34,222 bases of DNA from NCBI GenBank assembly GCA_964451085.1, contig CAYVHE010000003.1, positions 1 through 34,222 of the forward strand, given 5' to 3'. Of the stretch, positions 29,122 to 34,222 are shown piece by piece. The translations under genes and the position numbers were made by a program. Each line of letters begins with the position of its first letter. Position 1 is the first letter of the stretch. The DNA comes from an uncultured Candidatus Saccharibacteria bacterium (lineage in GTDB: Bacteria > Patescibacteriota > Saccharimonadia > Saccharimonadales > SZUA-47). The notes beneath the pieces are model-generated. The model saw only the letters and a program-made list of their open reading frames with translations. It had not been told where the DNA came from and did no database searches.

Positions 29122-29715
29122 TTAACTTTTTTGCTTAGCTTTTTCTTCTAAATAACATGTTCCGCAGAGGCTTTCGTATGTAGTGTCGTCTATCCCGTCT
29201 ATTGCGACTTGAGATCCTTTGAATATAAATTTTCCGTTAACTTTTCTAGCGTTTATTATCGCTTTTTTGCCACACCTACATATTGTTTTAAGCTCTTCTA
29301 AAGAGTGCGCCAATGAAAATAGTCTGGAACTACCCGGAAATAGCTCAGTCATGAAGTCTGTTCTTAATCCGTAACAAATTACGGGGATATTATCTGTTAC
29401 AGCTAGCTCAAAAAGATCATCCACATTCTTGCTAGATAAAAATTGTGCTTCATCTACCAACACACAGCTTATCTTCTCTACATCTTTGTTCCACTGACAA
29501 ACCGTTTTTCTTAAATCTGTTCCCTTATCAGCTAATATGTCTGTATTGCGATCAATTCCAAGTCTAGAAACAATTTTTGTGCCGCCTTTTTTATCTATCG
29601 CCGGTTTTATAAGGAGTACGTGCATTCCGCGTTCTTCGTAGTTATGCGCAACTTGCAATAAAAGAGTACTTTTGCCGCTATTCATTGCGCTGTATCGGAA
29701 ATATAATTTCGCCAT
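29122..29715 (-). CDS. tdk: Thymidine kinase
   Basis: YSAMNSGKS, VDEAQFL, YGLRTDF, CRCG...CGTC; strong GGAGGTGA SD. Confidence 0.96.
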   Translation of the reverse strand: MAKLYFRYSAMNSGKSTLLLQVAHNYEERGMHVLLIKPAIDKKGGTKIVSRLGIDRNTDILADKGTDLRKTVCQWNKDVEKISCVLVDEAQFLSSKNVDDLFELAVTDNIPVICYGLRTDFMTELFPGSSRLFSLAHSLEELKTICRCGKKAIINARKVNGKFIFKGSQVAIDGIDDTTYESLCGTCYLEEKAKQKS

Positions 29716-29735
29716 CTTGGTTCACCTCCATGTGC

Positions 29736-29857
29736 GCACCGATTGTTGAGCTGATATATTTGTTGCATCTTGCGCGGAGTGGAGCTTCTACGTATGGTCA
29801 TACGTTTCTGCTTCCTCTGCTCACCTGCAACAAATCTCTCTAACTCAAAATCACCGC
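29736..29857 (-). other. Long imperfect inverted repeat (rod-like hairpin) in the tdk 5' region
   Basis: Arms pair around centre ACGTATG-GT-CATACGT (29790-29805); includes ATTTGTTGCA/TGCAACAAAT and TTGAGTT/AGCTCAA. Confidence 0.85.
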
Positions 29858-29925
29858 TTTTCCTCATTTGTTATAGGTTTTTACCCACCAGTCTATATTT
29901 TAGCAGGAATATTAGGCCTTTGTCA

Positions 29926-30201
29926 TTATAGTATGTACTTTTTCATTATATATAATTGGTTGCAGTTCCATTTGTCTAGTGTTGGGTACTTAGAGGTATC
30001 AATTTTTTTCCATCTACCGAAGTAATTATACTGAGGAAGAACACCGTGATTTTTGTATGTTGTAGCCTCCGGGTTTATACAGGAAATTCCTCCGTCTGAC
30101 TCATAAATATAGGTAGACGAGGAATATGGTATATAGCGTGCTCCTACCCCTATAGACAAAAGGACTAGAGTTACTGCCAAAAGCTTCTCACGTTTACTCA
30201 T
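29926..30201 (-). CDS. Small hypothetical secreted/membrane protein
   Basis: N-terminal hydrophobic stretch and two Cys; start at 30201 or 30207. Confidence 0.6.
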   Translation of the reverse strand: MSKREKLLAVTLVLLSIGVGARYIPYSSSTYIYESDGGISCINPEATTYKNHGVLPQYNYFGRWKKIDTSKYPTLDKWNCNQLYIMKKYIL

Positions 30202-30211
30202 AAGCAATGTG

Positions 30212-30724
30212 CTAAAGTGCTGCTTCTAGCGCTGCCCATTCTACGTCAACGTCACCATCCTCTGGGATGTTGATACTAACTTGATCACCCGGTTTTGCTT
30301 TAAAGTAAGTTACGCTAGCTAGCAATACTCGGTATTCTTTACTGCCAACAGTAACTATGTAGTGACCTTCTTTTTGGGTTAGAGTCCCAACTACCTGTTT
30401 TCTTGGAATAGGTCCAATTTGCTTGTATAAAAATGAACCATCTTCTGCAATAGATAGTTTTAAGATGTCACCTTGAACTAACTTGGACTTACTGGCGTAA
30501 TTAGCAGGTACCGGATACATTTTGCCATCCCCACCAGCCATATTTTGACCATCAAAAACGCCTTCTATAATTTTGCCAATATTCTCATCAGTAACCGCTT
30601 GTGTAGCAGTAGGGTCGTCCCCCACTAAACTAATTAGCAACTCTTTAGCTGCACCCAAAGAAGTCTCAGCTTCTTCGATTAGCGCTTTTAATCTTTTCGC
30701 TTGCTTGTCTGGTAACTCCGACAT
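30212..30724 (-). CDS. Conserved hypothetical protein of CPR-type genomes
   Basis: N-terminal helical segment, then IIEGVFDGQNM...YPVPANYASKSKLVQGD...YKQIGP...VLLASVTYF. Family recognition is from memory and unverified. Confidence 0.8.
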   Translation of the reverse strand: MSELPDKQAKRLKALIEEAETSLGAAKELLISLVGDDPTATQAVTDENIGKIIEGVFDGQNMAGGDGKMYPVPANYASKSKLVQGDILKLSIAEDGSFLYKQIGPIPRKQVVGTLTQKEGHYIVTVGSKEYRVLLASVTYFKAKPGDQVSINIPEDGDVDVEWAALEAAL

Positions 30725-30775
30725 ATCTCGCCTCTGTCTTTGTTTCTCTTTTAACTCGTTTATATAATCCTTTTG

Positions 30776-30829
30776 AGGATATCACGTAATAGTACTTAAG
30801 TCAAAAATTCTATATGTATATGTGGATAA
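30776..30829 (-). promoter_or_regulatory. Sigma70 promoter with an upstream consensus DnaA box
   Basis: TTGACT (30804-30799), 17 bp, TATCCT (30781-30776) with TGn extension; TTATCCACA at 30829-30821. Confidence 0.6.
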
Positions 30830-30865
30830 CTATTTTACTCAGTACCTTTTTAGATGCATACAATT

Positions 30866-31453
30866 CTATTCTTTCCATGGAATCGGAGGGAATTGCTGCT
30901 CAGGAATGTTGCTGTAGGATTCCACAATCTGTTGTGAGAGAAGTTCTACAGTTAGATCGCTCTTTTCATTGGCCATAGAGAGCATGCTTAATGTATCAAT
31001 GTAATCTTCAACAAACTCGTCTACTATTCTTGGTTTTCGTGAGTACTCTAATGTTACGACTTTATTGCCAATAAATCCGACCGTAAAACCAGTAGCTTCG
31101 TTAAGCAATTCTCGATGGTCTCCTAAGGGCACCCCTGCACTGGATCCAATAAATGCAACAATAGCACCTATACCAATTGATTTTGCTATGTTTATCTTAT
31201 TTCTTCTGTTATTTCTTATACTTTCTTCTACTATCAATATAGCTAACTTCTTTACTCTCTCTTCGGCTGGTAGGGGGGTTCCACCGTCAATAGCATTCCA
31301 TTTCGCGTATAGCTGGTTAGTCTGTTCATAGGTATCATCAATCCTGGAAACATTCTCGAATCCAAACATACTGTACGGAGTTCTATTCCCAATTCTATAC
31401 ATTGAGCTAGCGATTTGTGCTTTCACAGCTTTATTTATGCGCTTTTTCACCAT
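30866..31453 (-). CDS. Hypothetical membrane protein
   Basis: 195 aa; two Gly-rich hydrophobic segments; TGnTATAAT immediately upstream. Confidence 0.65.
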   Translation of the reverse strand: MVKKRINKAVKAQIASSMYRIGNRTPYSMFGFENVSRIDDTYEQTNQLYAKWNAIDGGTPLPAEERVKKLAILIVEESIRNNRRNKINIAKSIGIGAIVAFIGSSAGVPLGDHRELLNEATGFTVGFIGNKVVTLEYSRKPRIVDEFVEDYIDTLSMLSMANEKSDLTVELLSQQIVESYSNIPEQQFPPIPWKE

Positions 31454-31536
31454 AACATTATAACATAATACTCGGATTTAGCAATATCCCACTGCATTCC
31501 TTGTATTACTACTAAGTTTGCTAGATTAGTATATAG

Positions 31537-31571
31537 AAAAAGTCCGAGCACATATATATCCTGCTCGGACT
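31537..31571 (-). terminator. Intrinsic terminator after rplL
   Basis: 10-bp stem AGTCCGAGCA/TGCTCGGACT followed by a U-tract on the minus strand. Confidence 0.85.
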
Positions 31572-31599
31572 ATAAAGATAGATTATATCTTTTTTAGAA

Positions 31600-31983
31600 T
31601 TAGGCTAGTTCTACTGTTGCGCCTGCTTCTTCTAGCTTCTTTTTTGCGCTCTCGGCGTCTTCTTTTGAAGCTTTTTCTAAGACAGGCTTTGGAGCTCCGT
31701 CAATTATAGCTTTAGATTCACCTAGACCTAAGCCTGTGATTTCTTTTACAGCTTTGATTGCTGCTACTTTTTGTGATCCTGGGTCTTTCAAAATAACATC
31801 AAACTCACTCTTCTCGTCAGCTGCACCTGCTCCTGCATCTCCTGCTGGGCCGGCTACTGCAACTGCTGCTGCAGCTGGTTCGATGTTATATTCGTCTTTT
31901 AATATTGACTGTAGTTCATTTACTTCCAAAACTGTTAGTCCTACTAACTCTTTTGCAAATTTCTTTAAGTCTGTTGCTGCCAT
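31600..31983 (-). CDS. rplL: 50S ribosomal protein L7/L12
   Basis: LTVLEVNEL, Ala-rich hinge, [34 protein letters not shown]. Confidence 0.98.
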   Translation of the reverse strand: MAATDLKKFAKELVGLTVLEVNELQSILKDEYNIEPAAAAVAVAGPAGDAGAGAADEKSEFDVILKDPGSQKVAAIKAVKEITGLGLGESKAIIDGAPKPVLEKASKEDAESAKKKLEEAGATVELA

Positions 31984-31995
31984 TGTATTTTCTTA

Positions 31996-32148
31996 CGCTT
32001 CGCTATTCAAGACAAACCTACGGTACTTTTAGCCCAAAAATCTGATTTTCGGGGGCCCCGGTTTTTTCTCGATGTGCCGTGCACGGTCCGCCGGTTGGCG
32101 GAAAATCCGATGCGCGGGCTGCTCTTTTCCATGAGCTACGGGCGAAGC
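31996..32148 (-). ncRNA. Structured cis-element, copy 1, between SD-like AGAAAGG and the rplL AUG
   Basis: Closing stem GCUUCGC/GCGAAGC; internal stems GCUC/GAGC, CCG-C-GCA-U-CGG/CCG-UGC-A-CGG and UCGAGA/UCUUGA; homologous to the rplJ copy. Confidence 0.75.
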
Positions 32149-32244
32149 TTCCTTTCTTGTTGTTAAATAATGTTCTATATCTAGGACTTGATATTCGAGG
32201 GAGCTACTTAAACTACCATTTATCAAGTATCAATTATGCAAGCC

Positions 32245-32766
32245 TTAGCTTGCCTGTGATGCTACTGCGTCTAACAGGCCGTGTAAATTACCTTGCAAAC
32301 CACTCATAACGTTGGAAACAGGTGATTTTAGGGTGTTTATAACAGTTGCTATTAACTCATCTCTACTTGGAAGTTGTGCTAATGCCTTAACATCCTCGGC
32401 AGCCATAAATTTACCATCAGAGCTGTATGCCCCAATAAATTCTAGCTGTGGTTCAGTTTTAGACATCTTATGTACAACTTGAGCTGGTGCGACTTCGTCG
32501 TCACTATTAAACACATACATCAACATACCGTGTAATTCGGCTGTATCACTGTCTTTGTGTGTCTGAGTTGCTTCTAGTGCTTTTTTAACTAAGCGATTTT
32601 TAACTACTTTTATTACAGTGCCATCTTCTTCGGCGTTTCGCCTTAATTCCTGCATTGCCTTAACTGTTGTGCCTTCATATTTAGCGACAACGGTTAATTT
32701 TGAAGTAGAGATTAGTTCGCCTAGTTCCTTAACAAGTTCATTTTTCTTGTCTTTAGTTAGTGCCAT
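32245..32766 (-). CDS. rplJ: 50S ribosomal protein L10
   Basis: MALTKDKK, YEGTTVKAMQELRR, KVVKNRL, LAQLPSRDELIA; upstream of rplL. Confidence 0.97.
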   Translation of the reverse strand: MALTKDKKNELVKELGELISTSKLTVVAKYEGTTVKAMQELRRNAEEDGTVIKVVKNRLVKKALEATQTHKDSDTAELHGMLMYVFNSDDEVAPAQVVHKMSKTEPQLEFIGAYSSDGKFMAAEDVKALAQLPSRDELIATVINTLKSPVSNVMSGLQGNLHGLLDAVASQAS

Positions 32767-32769
32767 TTT

Positions 32770-32879
32770 CCGCTTCGCTACTCAAGACAAAACCTAAGGT
32801 TTTTTCTCGACGTGCCGGGCGCGGAATAAATCCGACGCGCGGACTGCTCTTTTTCCCTTGGGCTTCAGAGCTGTAGCGG
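32770..32879 (-). ncRNA. Structured cis-element, copy 2, between SD-like AGAAAGG and the rplJ AUG
   Basis: Closing stem CGCUAC/GUAGCG (or CCGCU/AGCGG); internal stems GCUCU/AGAGC, CCG-C-GCG-U-CGG/CCG-CGC-C-CGG and UCGAGA..AAAACC/GGUUUU..UCUUGA. Confidence 0.75.
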
Positions 32880-32946
32880 CCTTTCTAATTTAATTATTTA
32901 TTACAATTTCAAATCGACCGTATTGAATTGCTTGTTACCGAGAATC

Positions 32947-32970
32947 AAAAAACGTCCTCTTTCGAAGACG
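32947..32970 (-). terminator. Attenuator terminator of the L10 leader
   Basis: CGUCUUC-GAAA-GAGGACG-UUUUUU between the L10-leader core and rplJ. Confidence 0.8.
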
Positions 32971-33010
32971 CATTAAAATGCTCGCAAACAATAAGATTTC
33001 TCTTAAATTG

Positions 33011-33057
33011 CCTCGGTGACACTATTAAGCAATTTTACTTGCAGTCACTGTCTTCGG
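33011..33057 (-). promoter_or_regulatory. Ribosomal protein L10 leader (autogenous control)
   Basis: CCGAAGACAG-UGAC...UUAA...GUCA-CCGAGG matches the AGACAG...UAA...CCGAGG kink-turn core of L10 leaders; located upstream of rplJL. Confidence 0.85.
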
Positions 33058-33068
33058 TAACAATTCAA

Positions 33069-33098
33069 ATTATAGCATAAAATAAGTCTAAAAATCAA
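33069..33098 (-). promoter_or_regulatory. Sigma70 promoter of rplJL
   Basis: TTGATT, 18 bp, TATAAT with TGn extension, just 5' of the L10 leader. Confidence 0.75.
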
Positions 33099-33112
33099 AG
33101 GCTATTAATTGT

Positions 33113-33628
33113 CTAATCGGTATTATTTGATTCTTGGAGTGCACAACATCCAACAATGCTATATCGGCTATCTCCGGAAATAAAATACAAACTACGTTCT
33201 CCTCCGTATATTTCTAGCGGAGACTCAGTTAGTGGCGGATAAAATTTTGCAGTTATACTATCGTCGATCTTGCAGGCCAAAACTCCAATAACGGGTATAT
33301 GCTCTCCATAAATACCTTGAAAATCTAATATTTCTTCTTGACTCTCGTCGCCCAGCACATAATTAACAGCAAAATCAGTCCATTTTCCTACATCTAATTC
33401 TAACTGATATTCCATCTCGGTTATTACAGGTTTATCCGGATGTATAATAGTAAATCTATTGTTGCCTTCCGTAGCTCTTCTAATACACCCTTCTGGAATC
33501 TCACCCAAGAAACTACTCCAAGAACCATCATACCCAGTGGCTCTCAGAATTTTACTTGGCTCACCGGTTATTTCATATCCTCTTTGTTTGATTACCCTTA
33601 AAGCACCAATTATTTCTCCGCTTGCCAT
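33113..33628 (-). CDS. Hypothetical protein
   Basis: 171 aa; strong AAGGAG SD; no recognised motif. Confidence 0.7.
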   Translation of the reverse strand: MASGEIIGALRVIKQRGYEITGEPSKILRATGYDGSWSSFLGEIPEGCIRRATEGNNRFTIIHPDKPVITEMEYQLELDVGKWTDFAVNYVLGDESQEEILDFQGIYGEHIPVIGVLACKIDDSITAKFYPPLTESPLEIYGGERSLYFISGDSRYSIVGCCALQESNNTD

Positions 33629-33647
33629 AATTTCTCCTTTATATATT

Positions 33648-33680
33648 AAAAAACTCCGATTTCATTGGATCGAAGTTTTT
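33648..33680 (-). terminator. Terminator/attenuator hairpin A, upstream of the 171-aa gene
   Basis: AAAAACUUCGAUC-CAAUGAA-AUCGGAGUUUUUU, about 20 nt 5' of the start codon. Confidence 0.75.
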
Positions 33681-33707
33681 ACTTTAGTTGGCTGCTATTA
33701 GATTTTT

Positions 33708-33788
33708 TTATCTATACATCGATCCACTAACTAACAGAACCTCATCGAAGAGCAGGAGTTGAAGTATTAAAATCATTGTAGTTTTCAT
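33708..33788 (-). CDS. Putative leader peptide A (26 aa)
   Basis: MKTTMILILQLLLFDEVLLVSGSMYR*; the stop lies 8 nt after the antiterminator core GGAUCGA. Confidence 0.4.
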   Translation of the reverse strand: MKTTMILILQLLLFDEVLLVSGSMYR

Positions 33789-33814
33789 AGCTAGCTATCT
33801 GTAATCCAAATATT

Positions 33815-33985
33815 TTAGTTATCGCTTCGTATGCAATGTGGCGTGTCTTCTTCAATTTCACACCATACTGCGTAGCTTGCCACTGCTGCCAGTGTTTGTT
33901 CTCTGATTTCTGCTTCTCTTAACGATACTAATTCTACACTTAGGTCATTACTGTTGTATGGAGGTTGTTCCATTGTTGTTGTCAT
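33815..33985 (-). CDS. Small hypothetical protein (56 aa, absent from the ORF track)
   Basis: MTTTMEQPPYNSNDLSVELVSLREAEIREQTLAAVASYAVWCEIEEDTPHCIRSDN*; AGGA upstream; follows terminator B. Confidence 0.5.
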   Translation of the reverse strand: MTTTMEQPPYNSNDLSVELVSLREAEIREQTLAAVASYAVWCEIEEDTPHCIRSDN

Positions 33986-34014
33986 TTTTCTATGTCCTAT
34001 TTTTACTTTAAATT

Positions 34015-34041
34015 AAAAAACTTCGATTCTTTGGATCGAAG
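34015..34041 (-). terminator. Terminator/attenuator hairpin B, homologous to hairpin A
   Basis: CUUCGAUCC-AAA-GAAUCGAAG-UUUUUU. Confidence 0.75.
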
Positions 34042-34069
34042 CGGATTTGGTTGTCGGCTGTGTATTTGG

Positions 34070-34168
34070 TTACTTAATGCTTCGACCCATATACAATACA
34101 CAGCCTTTGTCCAGAATGACGAGGTTCTTCATTGTGTTGTATTTTGCAGTTGATTTACACATTACCAT
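34070..34168 (-). CDS. Putative leader peptide B (32 aa, or 20 aa from 34132)
   Basis: MVMCKSTAKYNTMKNLVILDKGCVLYMGRSIK*; the stop lies 9 nt after the antiterminator core GGGUCGA. Confidence 0.4.
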   Translation of the reverse strand: MVMCKSTAKYNTMKNLVILDKGCVLYMGRSIK

Positions 34169-34222
34169 TATTAATTTACTCTGTTTTGTATGCAAGTCAA
34201 GGCTTATTACAAAAAGACCTAT

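Noticed and set aside
29682-29867. 61-aa ORF across the tdk hairpin
   Set aside because: No SD or motif, and it overlaps tdk out of frame. It is probably a by-product of the hairpin, though a uORF role cannot be excluded.
30821-30829. DnaA box as evidence of oriC
   Set aside because: Only one box in a short intergenic gap, with no box cluster and no dnaA or dnaN nearby.
32187-32229. 8-bp inverted repeat ACTTGATA/TATCAAGT after the rplJ stop
   Set aside because: AT-rich with a large loop and no U-tract; not enough to call a function.
32029-32309. ORFs 32029..32226 (-) and 32079..32309 (+)
   Set aside because: They run through the GC-rich structured element; the homologous rplJ copy does not preserve the frames.
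31996-32879. Element as a tRNA, hairpin/hammerhead ribozyme, group I/II intron or CRISPR repeat
   Set aside because: There is no T-loop or anticodon arm and no CUGAnGA/GAAA core. AGAA/UGUC resembles hairpin-ribozyme loop A but lacks the flanking G and loop B. The element is too short for group I/II cores and is not a regularly spaced array.

Overview
Compact, AT-rich bacterial core-genome window (code 11). The gene set and sequence style suggest Patescibacteria, most likely Ca. Saccharibacteria; this is inferred, not proven. It carries xfp-ackA, rarA, a CapA-family protein, a degenerate RNB-domain protein, a VIT1 transporter, an ABC permease system, a D,D-carboxypeptidase, two PimA-like GT4 enzymes, pip, cysS, a DHH phosphoesterase, recR-ybaB, dnaB, dnaX, tdk and rplJ-rplL with an L10 leader. 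The most unusual signals are non-coding. (1) Two homologous GC-rich multi-stem RNA elements with a compensatory base change each sit between an AGAAAGG Shine-Dalgarno-like sequence and the start codon of rplJ and of rplL. (2) Two tandem leader-ORF/antiterminator/terminator modules share one switch sequence (33.6-34.2 kb). (3) A ~120-nt rod-like hairpin lies upstream of tdk. (4) A perfect 26-bp palindrome precedes an unannotated 52-aa AbrB-like gene. (5) Many genes appear to have leaderless promoters. All folds and alignments were made by eye; no database searches were run.
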